64,000 bases of DNA from a bacterium (GTDB lineage Bacteria > Zhuqueibacterota > Zhuqueibacteria > Residuimicrobiales > Krinioviventaceae), in the NCBI GenBank assembly GCA_963674595.2, contig CAXXFV010000008.1:64001-128000 (forward strand), given 5' to 3'. Each line of letters opens with the position of its first letter. Position 1 is the stretch's first letter. This document shows, piece after piece, positions 1 to 9,849 of the stretch. The translations under genes and the position numbers were made by a program. Below the pieces are notes generated by a model. It saw only the letters and a list, made by a program, of their open reading frames with translations. It was not told where the DNA came from and ran no database searches.

Positions 1-1224
1 ATTGATAAATTTGAAAAATTACTGGGCATTAAATTTAGTGAAAAAGAAAGTCACGAACTTGATGAAACAATCAATACGTTTCCATTATCTGTAACACCTT
101 ATTATATTTCATTAATAAACAATAATGATTATAAAAATGATCCTATTTATAAACAGGCTTTTCCCTCATCTTGTGAACTAAATATATCAGAATATGATAT
201 GGCCGATCCTCTCTCTGAGGACAAGGACAGTCCGGCGCCAGGGATCACTCATCGCTACCCGGATCGGGTGCTTTTTACAGTCAGCAACATGTGTTCCATG
301 TATTGTCGGCATTGCACACGCAAGCGCAAAGTAGGCGACGTGGACTTTATTCCCAACAAGGGAATGATTAAAGCAGGAATCAGCTATATAAAAAAAACAC
401 CGCAGGTTCGTGATGTATTATTGTCCGGTGGTGATCCGTTCATGTTGTCTGATGAATATCTTGATTGGATCCTGACCGAAATTCGCGCCATTCCGCATAT
501 TGAAGTTATTCGTATCGGAACACGAATGCCGGTTGTATTACCCTATCGTGTAACAGATGATTTGGTAAAAATGTTGAAAAAACATCATCCCGTTTGGATC
601 AATACACATTTTAATCATCCTCGCGAAATTACAGCTTCATCAAAAGAAGCTTTGGCAAAACTTGCAGACGCCGGTATTCCGCTGGGAAACCAGACCGTTT
701 TGCTTGCCGGTGTTAATGATTGTCCCAGAATAATGCGAGCTCTGGTACATCAACTGGTCCAAAATCGTGTCAGGCCCTATTATATGTACCAGTGTGATTT
801 ATCGGAGGGGCTTTCACATTTTCGAACACCGGTTGGAAAAGGAATTGAAATTATTGAAAGTTTAATCGGTCATACCAGTGGGTTTGCTGTTCCTACCTAT
901 GTCATTGATGCTCCCGGAGGGGGAGGGAAAATACCGATTATGCCGAATTATATTGTTTCCTGGTCTACGAATAAGGTTGTATTGCGAAATTATGAAGGTG
1001 TTATTACCACCTATAAAGAACCGGATAGTTACGAGCCTGTTTTTTGTGACCGTAATTGTGAAAGATGTGATTTGCAATTGGACCTTAGAGGTTCTGATGA
1101 ATACAATGCAACCGGTATCTCTGAACTGTTGTCTGATGCTGATGATACGATTTCTCTGGTCCCTGAGAATAATGAACGAATTGAACGACGGAATACGAAC
1201 GAAAACGGTAATGGTGAATACTAA
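1..1224 (+). CDS. ablA: Lysine 2,3-aminomutase (AblA/KamA type), 5'-truncated by the window edge
   Basis: Frame is open from base 1. Radical SAM motif [20 protein letters not shown]-lysine motif [10 protein letters not shown] and C-terminal Cys cluster CDRNCERC. Lies upstream of an ablB-like acetyltransferase. Confidence 0.93.
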   Translation: MDKFEKLLGIKFSEKESHELDETINTFPLSVTPYYISLINNNDYKNDPIYKQAFPSSCELNISEYDMADPLSEDKDSPAPGITHRYPDRVLFTVSNMCSMYCRHCTRKRKVGDVDFIPNKGMIKAGISYIKKTPQVRDVLLSGGDPFMLSDEYLDWILTEIRAIPHIEVIRIGTRMPVVLPYRVTDDLVKMLKKHHPVWINTHFNHPREITASSKEALAKLADAGIPLGNQTVLLAGVNDCPRIMRALVHQLVQNRVRPYYMYQCDLSEGLSHFRTPVGKGIEIIESLIGHTSGFAVPTYVIDAPGGGGKIPIMPNYIVSWSTNKVVLRNYEGVITTYKEPDSYEPVFCDRNCERCDLQLDLRGSDEYNATGISELLSDADDTISLVPENNERIERRNTNENGNGEY

Positions 1225-2642
1225 TGCATTTTATTGATTATCTTATTTTTTTGGTATATTTTTTATTAATATTATATATCGGTTTTTATTTTTATCGAAA
1301 AAACCAAAATAAAGAAGACTATTATGTGGGTGGACGAAATATTCCCGCGAGTCATGTGGGTTTATCTATTGTAGCGACAGATGTGGGCGGTGGTTTTTCC
1401 ATAGGTCTCGGCGGACTCGGGTTTGTTATGGGACTTGCCGGTAGCTGGTTGCTTTTTACCGGACTTGTCGGCGCCTGGCTGGCTGCTGTTTTAATTATTC
1501 CACGAATAAAAAAGATAGATGCCAAACATGGCATGTTGACTTTTCCGGATTTCCTGAGACATAGTTACGGAGAAAAGGTCGCTCTTGTGGCTTCATTGAT
1601 TTCCGGAATAGGATATTTGGGTTTTACCGGTGCACAAATACTGGCCGGCGCTAAATTAGCCGCCGGGACAGTATTTTCAGATATTCATTTTATGGATCCG
1701 TTGCATCTGGCATTGTTTGTTATGGCCGGTATTGTGCTGGTTTATACTGTGCTTGGCGGCATTAAAGCCGTAATTTATACCGATACGGTTCAGTGGATTG
1801 TCCTCTTGAGCGGCCTCATGTTTTTTGGTGTTCCTTATACGTTGGTCCATGTCGGCGGCTGGGGAGCATTACAAAGTAATTTGTCTGCTGAATATTTCAG
1901 CCTCGGAAATATTAAAACTGTACAATTTATCAACTGGTTTTTTACCATCGTTCCGATTTGGTTTATTGCCATGACGCTTTATCAGCGAATTTTTTCCTGT
2001 AAAAACGAAAAAGAAGCAAAAAAAGCATTCTACATTGCAGGCGTGTTCGAGTATCCGGTTATGGCGTTTTTAGGCGTTTTTCTGGGTATGGCGGCACGGG
2101 TCTTTTTCCCCGGTGCGGAACCGGAAATGGCTATGCCCATGCTGCTCAAAAATGTTTTACCGCTTGGGCTCACCGGAATTGTTATTGCCGCTTATTTTTC
2201 TGCCATCATGTCTACGGCTGATAGTTGTTTGATCGCTTCATCTGGGAATTTTGTTAATGACATTATAGAAAGGTTTATTTTTAAAAATCGCTCGGATCAG
2301 TTTATAATAAAACTTTCTCAGATAGTCACTCTCATTATTGGCGCGTTGACCCTGATTATTGCCAGTTCTTTCAGCACGGTTTTGGAGATTATCCTTCATG
2401 CCTATTCTTTTATGGTTGCCGGTTTGTTTATTCCAACACTGGGAGCCTACTTTTGGAAAAAAAGTCATCCAACAGCAGCGTTAGCGGCCATGATTATCGG
2501 CGGATCCAGTACGCTGTTTTTGATATTTGCCAAGGTTAACATTATATGGGAGCTGGATGCCAGTGTGATTGGTATCGCTGTTTCTGCTGTGATATTTACA
2601 AGTATTTCTCTTATAAAAAATAAAAGGTTGTCTAATGTGTGA
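1224..2642 (+). CDS. Sodium:solute symporter family protein (PutP-like)
   Basis: About 13 hydrophobic segments. Motifs [22 protein letters not shown] and [14 protein letters not shown] overlap with the ablA stop. Confidence 0.9.
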   Translation: MHFIDYLIFLVYFLLILYIGFYFYRKNQNKEDYYVGGRNIPASHVGLSIVATDVGGGFSIGLGGLGFVMGLAGSWLLFTGLVGAWLAAVLIIPRIKKIDAKHGMLTFPDFLRHSYGEKVALVASLISGIGYLGFTGAQILAGAKLAAGTVFSDIHFMDPLHLALFVMAGIVLVYTVLGGIKAVIYTDTVQWIVLLSGLMFFGVPYTLVHVGGWGALQSNLSAEYFSLGNIKTVQFINWFFTIVPIWFIAMTLYQRIFSCKNEKEAKKAFYIAGVFEYPVMAFLGVFLGMAARVFFPGAEPEMAMPMLLKNVLPLGLTGIVIAAYFSAIMSTADSCLIASSGNFVNDIIERFIFKNRSDQFIIKLSQIVTLIIGALTLIIASSFSTVLEIILHAYSFMVAGLFIPTLGAYFWKKSHPTAALAAMIIGGSSTLFLIFAKVNIIWELDASVIGIAVSAVIFTSISLIKNKRLSNV

Positions 2643-3484
2643 TGTTGTGGAGAAACTCGGAAAATCAGTTATTCAGCATGGTAAAAGTAATGATAGAATT
2701 TATTTAATGAAACTGGATAAAAGTAATTATCCGACAATTATCAAAGATATGAATGCCATAGCCGGGAAAAATGAATATACAAAAATATTTGCCAAAGTGC
2801 CTGAATGGGCTGTAGAAGGATTTTTAGAGGCAGGCTTTATAAAAGAAGCGGATATTCCCGGTTTTTATGATGGTGTAACAAATGTTTACTTTTGTTCCAT
2901 GTTTATTGATTATGCGAGAGCCTTTTTAGATAGTGAGGCAAAATCCACAGTAATGCAGAACATTAAACTGGCCTTGTCTAAACAGAACAAGCCGTTGCGG
3001 ATTCAGAAAAACCATTCTTTTAATATAAAAATACTGACGGAAGATGATATTGCAAATTTGACCGAGCTCTATTCCAAAGTTTTTAAATCCTATCCTTTTC
3101 CAATTTTTGATAATGATTATATTAAAAAAACGATGCAGGAAAATATAGTTTATTTTGGGTGTTTACCTGGGAAATAAATTGATTTCCGCATCATCTGCTG
3201 AAATGGATGTCTCTGCGAAAAATGCTGAAATGACGGATTTTGCTACAGACCCGGATTATGCCGGAAATAATCTTTCATTGCACCTGCTTCGTGAAATGGA
3301 AGCAGAGATGCGTAAAAGAAAAATGAAAACGCTCTATACCATTGCACGGTCTTTTTCCGCTGCGATGAATATTACATTTGCAAAACTGGATTATAAATAC
3401 ACCGGAACATTGGTCAACAATACTAATATTTTTGGAAAGATTGAAAGTATGAACATATGGTATAAATCTTTACAAGAGCTTTAA
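2635..3484 (+). CDS. ablB: Beta-lysine N6-acetyltransferase (GNAT), split by a 1-nt frameshift near 3157
   Basis: N-terminal part has [20 protein letters not shown] and [12 protein letters not shown]-terminal part has [14 protein letters not shown] and GTLVNNTNI. Removing one G from ttttgggtgtt joins the ORFs (YFGVYLGNK) into about 282 aa. Confidence 0.88.
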
Positions 3485-4800
3485 ACTTTCAATACATTCT
3501 TTTCCGGATTTTATCATATCATGTAAATGTGTATAACGAAATTGGGCATTTCTGCCGATATGGGTGGCATTGAACGGTCTTAAAAATTCAAATATCTTTG
3601 CCAGCTTTTCCTGGTGGACTGTGGTTTAATACAGGGTAAGCATTGTAAACATACTGTGCCCGGGATTCTATAATATCTTTATCATCAATCCAGCCGATTT
3701 GTTTCAGCTTTGTGATGACGGTTTCTGTTATATCCTTTTCGTTAATGTATTTTTTGTCTCTATCAGACCAGGGGATTTCTGTTACTAGTGATGTTTTTCC
3801 CGGTGGGGACATGTATCGGCTTCTGTTTTTCGGTTCAAATACCCGTGTAAAGGGAAATTCCGGTTCCGGAAAATAAATCGTTCCATGTTTTGTTACTGAA
3901 TTTTTATTAATAAAAAGAATTACCAGTGAAAGGTTTTGAAAAAATAATTCGTCAGCCGCATGGACTATTTCATCCGGTACCTGTGGAAACATTATTTTTA
4001 CAAATGTGGAAATAGGGAGGGTGTTTATAACAAAATCCAGTCCAACTTTTTCTTTGTTATTTATTTCAATAGCATTGATTTTTCCATCTGTATGAAAAAT
4101 TTTTGTAACTCTTGAATTGAGCCTAATATTCTCGTTACCACAAAATTCAGCTAACCTGTCTGTAATCATACCGTTTCCATATTTGGGATAATAAAAGGAA
4201 CCGTCCAGGTGTTTTGTTTTGGTTTTGCCGCCGAATATGGTTTCTGTTAAAAATGCCTGTAAACTCAGGCCTTTGAGCCGTTTTCCTGAAACATCTGGTG
4301 CCAGTTGCCGGCAGGGAATTCCCCAAAGTTTTTCTGAATAATTTAATAAAAACTGTTCGGCTATCACCGGACCATATTTATAATTGGCGTATTTTTCAAA
4401 ATTTTCAAAACTCTTTTTTTGAAACAGTCTTGAGAGAAAAAGTGAATATGCTGCTTTACCAATTTTTACAGGACCCAGATTTTTTAACAGGTTTAATGGG
4501 GAAAGCGGAAAGTCGATTAGCTGATTTTTTGAATAAATCTGGCTTGGAATGGTGATTTGCTGTAAATCTTTTCCCAGCAACGTTTTTATCTGATCTGTAA
4601 TCGCCTTAATTTTGTCGTGAAAACGGTGTGCACCAACATCATAGAAAAATTCACCATGCTGTACGGTTTTACACATACCGCCTATTTTACCTTCAGCCTC
4701 ATAAATAGTAAAAGGTATTTGATGAATTTTTGCATAATACCCTGCAGTAAGACCATGCCGGTCCCCCTCCGAGTATCGAAATGTGTTCTTGTCGGTTCAA
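3470..4800 (-). CDS. FAD-dependent oxidoreductase (protoporphyrinogen oxidase / UDP-galactopyranose mutase-like), two frameshifts
   Basis: Reading from TTG at 4800 gives ISILGGGPA, then after a frameshift near 4755 GLTAGY...YEAEGKIGGMC...DVGAHRFH. The C-terminal IGRNAQFRYTHLHD is in another frame after about 3615 and ends at 3470. Confidence 0.8.
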
Positions 4801-4854
4801 TAGTAATCCTGTGGTTGTTATTTTTTACAATCCAATATTACATTACCATCGATC

Positions 4855-6217
4855 TCAATTGTTTACATCATTGACCTCATTATTTTGAAAGATTCTGGGA
4901 TAAGGATTTTTATTTTTTATTTTACAGTAAGCAAATTTATATTTTTTACCCGGATTCGGATAAGGTACTTCATCCACATGAAAGATTTTTATTTCAACAT
5001 CCTGACCGAGTTTTTCTTTATATTTTTGAATTAATCTTTTATCGTTTTCACTATTATATTTTTCCATTGGTACAATAAATATATGTACAAGGTTTTTGTT
5101 TTTCCTGTATGAGTTGGGATTTTTTGATATCATTTGCTACTTGAATGGGAAAATGTGGTCCGGAAACCCATTTTCCATTACTTGTTAGAATAAATTCGTT
5201 AATTCGACCTGTTAGATGTTCAATAAGTGGCAGTGTCCTGCCGCAGGTGCATGTTTTATCTGAAGCTATGGCATAATCCAGCGTATCATATCGAAGTAAC
5301 GGAAACGCTTTGTTATGAAGCCCTGTCGCAACGATTCGGCCTTCTTCACCTGGTTGTGCCGGTGTTCCATCTTCCTTGATGATTTCCACAATGCCGTACT
5401 CGGGAGCAATATGATAACCGCCATGTGGGCATTGACAGATGAGAGCAATATGTTCAATTGATCCATAATTATCACACAGAGGTTTACCTGTCCAGGTTTC
5501 GATAAACCGGCGTTGATAGTCCAAAATATTTACTGAAACGCTAATAACAGCTTGTGGTTTAACGTCATCAATTCCGGCATTGTTTAGGAGCCTGCATAAA
5601 TAGTCAATGGATTGCGGATAGCCTCGCCAGAGTTTGATTTTGTATTTTCGTAATAAATCTGCATAATAATCTATATTTTCAGCGTTGATATAATCAGATG
5701 AAAGTTCCAAAGATTTGCATTTCCAATTCCATTTAAATTTTTTCTCATCTTGAAAAACAACGCTGCGAATATCCAATATGCCATCACCAAGTTTATACCC
5801 GCTCCAGGAAAAGTGACGGTACTGGCATAACAACTCTAAAATGTTTGAACCTTTATCCCAATATACATTCATCGGTGCGCCTGTTGTGCCTGAGGTACGT
5901 ATTTTGAGTGGTTTGTATTTATTAAAATCAGTTGCCTTGAATTGCTGTGCATTCTCTAAAAGAACATACCTGTCGATAATCGGTAGACGCGTCAGATCAT
6001 TTAACGACTGAAAGTCAGCTCTTTTTAATCCGATTTTATGAAAAAGTTGTTGATAATAAGGTACTTTATTAAAACAATGATCCAGGATATCGGAAAAAAG
6101 TTTCCATTGGAGTTTTTCCAGAATTTCCGGTTTTTGAAATTGAGTTTTCCAGAGAAGGTGTCGCCAGTAGAGTAAACGATGAGGATATAAAAAATCAGAA
6201 AAGTTAAATTTTATCAT
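4855..6217 (-). CDS. Phenylacetate-CoA ligase family (CapK-like) adenylate-forming protein, frameshift near 5100
   Basis: Motifs VPYY, RTSGTTGAP, DNYGSIE, FPLLRYDTLD and GRTLP..GR. The C-terminal domain (..GKKYKF) is in the overlapping ORF 4855..5133. Confidence 0.82.
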
Positions 6218-6363
6218 AATAACAATCCTGTTTTAGTAAAAATTTTTTAAGACAAAACAGAGATGATAATTATGCTTTATTGTTCGTTGACTGTTATTAT
6301 CGTTATTTGCTGGAAAATTTTAGCCTGAAAATATCAACAAAATAAAAATTGTTATAAAATGAA

Positions 6364-6675
6364 TTAAGTCAGTTTTTTTATAATGATTGCCAATTTTTTT
6401 CTTGTGGTTACGTTTTTAAAATGTTTTAAAATTAACAGGCTTGTTACAATAATTCCAATGCCGCCCAACAGACCGGGAACAAATACATAAAAAACAACCC
6501 GGTTGTTAAGATTGTTTACCGTTAGGATGATTGCAGATGTAAAAAGTATCATTCCCAACAAACTAAAAATACTCGTGTATAGAAACAAGTATTTGGGGGG
6601 CTGACTGATTCTTTCGGATTTTTTTATAAATTCCTTCAGGAATTGATTTTCATGACTTGTTAATTGATTTGCCAT
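6364..6675 (-). CDS. Small hypothetical membrane protein (2 TM)
   Basis: 103 aa ORF with two hydrophobic helices and an AGGAGG Shine-Dalgarno upstream. Confidence 0.7.
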   Translation of the reverse strand: MANQLTSHENQFLKEFIKKSERISQPPKYLFLYTSIFSLLGMILFTSAIILTVNNLNNRVVFYVFVPGLLGGIGIIVTSLLILKHFKNVTTRKKLAIIIKKLT

Positions 6676-6702
6676 TTCTAATCCTCCTGATAAAATGGTT
6701 AT

Positions 6703-8295
6703 TTATTGAGGCGATGATTTTATGTGTGACTGATACCATTCGTACCGGTCATTTCTGATCCACATTTGGTGATAATCGAAAAAGGTCAGGTGGTAGTTGG
6801 AGGTCAAAAAATTTGCCAGTTGAGAAGCTTGATCCGTGTTTATTATTTTATTTTTTTCCAATTGACAGACAATACCAATATCTTCCGGTTTGTTCATAAT
6901 AATTGCCGGGTTGCCGGTAATTATTTTTTTCTACTACATTTTTACCAAGCCTGGCCCGGATTTCCGGGTAAGACAACCAGAATCGGTATTCCCAGCCGTT
7001 TGTTATGTCAAGAGCGTCAAAGTTGGTTACGGGATGCAATGCCGGATGGCATATAATCGTTTCTTTCTGAGCAATGGTTTTCAATTGTTTAATCAGGTTG
7101 TTCAATTTGATAAAGTTTTTTGACTTTAATTCAAATTGAATACGATGCAGTCCCGGCCATATCAGCAGGCCAATGATTACTAGAAGGAATATATTTTTTT
7201 TGCCGGCAAGCCATCGATTTGAAACAATAAGCAGTGCACCAGCCGCCACAACACAAGATACCAGCACAAACATTTGTTCATAATATTCGTAATGGCGTTG
7301 GGAGGGTTTTAAATAAACCAATGCTGAGACAATTAAAAATGTGCAAAGAATTCTCCCTGATTGTTTTATTTTTTGATCTGGTGATGTTATTAAAAAATAA
7401 ATCCCTGTTAGTGTAAATATGAGCAGCAAAAAATTAAAATTTATACCGATTGTTTTTGGTATCAGTCCTTCTCTTAAATTGAATTGAAACACCCATTCAA
7501 AAAAGGGCTGAACTAACTGATGAGCGTTTAACCAAATCACCAAGGGTGTTAAACCTGCGAGTATTCCTGCCAGATAAATAAAATTACGGGGTAGAAAATA
7601 AAGGAATTTTTTATAATCAACCACACTCATTAAGGGTAGGGCAGCGATAAGCGGTAAATATTTGGGAGAGAAAGAAAGTGAGATGCCGAAACACAGGCCT
7701 GCTGCAAAACAGGCCCAAAATTTTTGGTGTTTTGTAAGCAAAAAATAAAATGCAGCCAGGTTAAAAATATTACAAAAAACATCCGGGCGAAAGAGGAACA
7801 TTTCATGGGAAATGCAAATACTCATAACAAATATCAGCATATAAAGCACAACTTTTTTCCCCTGCCAGATATATTTTGTTATGAGTGTTAAAAAAAATAT
7901 GGATACCAGCGTACATCCCGTTGCAATGATCCTTATCATAACACAAAGGTTTTCTGTAAACAGGCTGCTTTTATATAATGGCGCCAGTAAAATCCACAGG
8001 GCCGGGCTGTGGTGCTGAAAAAAATCGATAAAAAGATCAAGCCCTTTGAACATTAACCAGGTTGCATGGGCATGTTCTATTTCATCATGGTCAGGGGGCT
8101 TTACCAAATATCATTCCGATGATAAAAATTACAGCAAAAAAGCCCCATAGATGAGTTGATAACAAAGCTTAAATATTGTTTTTTACCATAACGCTGCCAT
8201 AACCATCCGATGAAAAAACACAGCCCAATAAATAGAATGGTCATAAACAGGGCATTTGGAAAAGTTAACTCATAACGCAATGATAGTTTAAACAT
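6703..8295 (-). CDS. Polytopic membrane protein, GT-C/ArnT-like glycosyltransferase, multiple frameshifts
   Basis: Three ORF pieces: 8101..8295, 6848..8107 and 6703..6897. Motifs DHDEIEHAH, DFFQHHSP and RPD are typical of GT-C-fold membrane transferases. Many TM segments. Confidence 0.65.
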
Positions 8296-8392
8296 TTTTT
8301 TCTCTGAAAATAGTTTTAGCCAACACTGCTTTAGTAAAATATATATTTATTTCTGCTAATCAAAATAGTTTTTGATATTTATTTTTATTTAC

Positions 8393-9760
8393 TTACCCGG
8401 CCTGATTAGCAAGTTCTTTGCGATGTTCCAGCTCTTCCCGAATTTTATTACATGTTTTTTTGTCCAGTTTGTACCATGCTACAACAAGAATCAGCATTAG
8501 ATAGCCGATAATGGGGACCAATGTAAAAATAGTTACAATACCCTGTATGGCCCTGGGCGTTTGGCTTATTGCTTCACCCAAATAGCCATAATAGGCCAGC
8601 AACCAGCCCAAAACCGCACCGCCGACTGCCATTCCTAATTTTAGTGAAAAGAGCACACCGGAAAAAACAAGACCGGTAATTCTTCGTTCTGTTTTATACT
8701 CTCCATAATCCACTGTATCGGCCATCATAGCCCATAAAATAGGCACAGCCATTTGAGAAAAGAATTGAACAACAGAGAACAAAACAAAAATGAGTAAAAT
8801 TTGGTCCTTTTCTACAAAAAAGAGGGCAGCGGAAAAAATAACGACCAGAATGTGGATTAAAATATAGGATTTTACTTTGGAAAGCCGTTTTTCCAAAGGG
8901 GTGGCAAACATGGTTCCGAGCATTGCGGCAACCATACCTGTTGTTAAAAACCAACTGGTTAAATCCGCACGTCCGGCAAACCATTTCAGGTAATAAATGG
9001 CCGTACTGATACGAATGACCTGAGCAATAAGAAGGACAAAGTTTAACAGGGCCACAATGATAAACTGGTCATTTGAAAACAGAATTTTAATATCCTCTTT
9101 TAAGGATGTTTTTTTCGCAGAAACCTGAACAACCCGTTCTTTTGAAGAATAAAATGAAATTAAAAACATAAAAATGGCCAGAGTTCCCAACACGACCATT
9201 GCCAGTTGAAAACCTTTTTGCTGGCTGCCTCCGCCAAGCCAGTCTGCCAGCTTCATTGTTGTTGAAGCGACAAGCACACCACCACCGGTCGCCAGAAAAA
9301 AACGGTAACTGTTTAACGATACTCGTTCATTCGTGTCCGGTGTAATAACCCCGCCCAGGGAACAATAGGGGATGTTGATGGCTGTATAGATTATCATTAA
9401 CAGGGAATAGGTGATATAGGCATAAATTAATCTGCCCGTTGCGCCAAACGGAGGGGTGGTAAAAGTAATTACAGTTATGACTGCAAACGGAACACAAAGC
9501 CATAACAAGTAGGGTCTGAATTTGCCCCAGCGTGTATTTGTTCGGTCCGACAGGGCGCCCATCATCGGATCAGTAACGGCATCAACAATTCTTACCACCA
9601 GAAAAAGTGTTCCCATAGCAGCGGCACTGATTCCAAAAATATCTGTATAGAAAAAGGCCATAAACATCATGACGGATTGAAAAACAATATTACTGGCCGT
9701 GTCTCCGAGTCCGTAACCGATTTTTTCAAGCGCTGAAACTTTACCATAGTCGTTCTTCAT
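8393..9760 (-). CDS. MFS glycoside-pentoside-hexuronide (GPH):cation symporter
   Basis: Motifs EKIGYGLGD, DAVTDPMMGALSDRTNTRWGKFRPYLLW and MADTVDYGE. 12 TM. Confidence 0.92.
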   Translation of the reverse strand: MKNDYGKVSALEKIGYGLGDTASNIVFQSVMMFMAFFYTDIFGISAAAMGTLFLVVRIVDAVTDPMMGALSDRTNTRWGKFRPYLLWLCVPFAVITVITFTTPPFGATGRLIYAYITYSLLMIIYTAINIPYCSLGGVITPDTNERVSLNSYRFFLATGGGVLVASTTMKLADWLGGGSQQKGFQLAMVVLGTLAIFMFLISFYSSKERVVQVSAKKTSLKEDIKILFSNDQFIIVALLNFVLLIAQVIRISTAIYYLKWFAGRADLTSWFLTTGMVAAMLGTMFATPLEKRLSKVKSYILIHILVVIFSAALFFVEKDQILLIFVLFSVVQFFSQMAVPILWAMMADTVDYGEYKTERRITGLVFSGVLFSLKLGMAVGGAVLGWLLAYYGYLGEAISQTPRAIQGIVTIFTLVPIIGYLMLILVVAWYKLDKKTCNKIREELEHRKELANQAG

Positions 9761-9849
9761 TTTTTCCTCGTTCTGTGTGAAAGGTGAATTCCCGGTTTTG
9801 TGTTAGATTGAGAATTGATTATTATTTTAATTTCGGTATAGTCCGTTTG

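Noticed and set aside
1-1224. EpmB (EF-P beta-lysylation aminomutase)
   Set aside because: It has the long AblA/KamA C-terminus with a Cys cluster and is linked to ablB. The EF-P in this window has Arg at the modified position.
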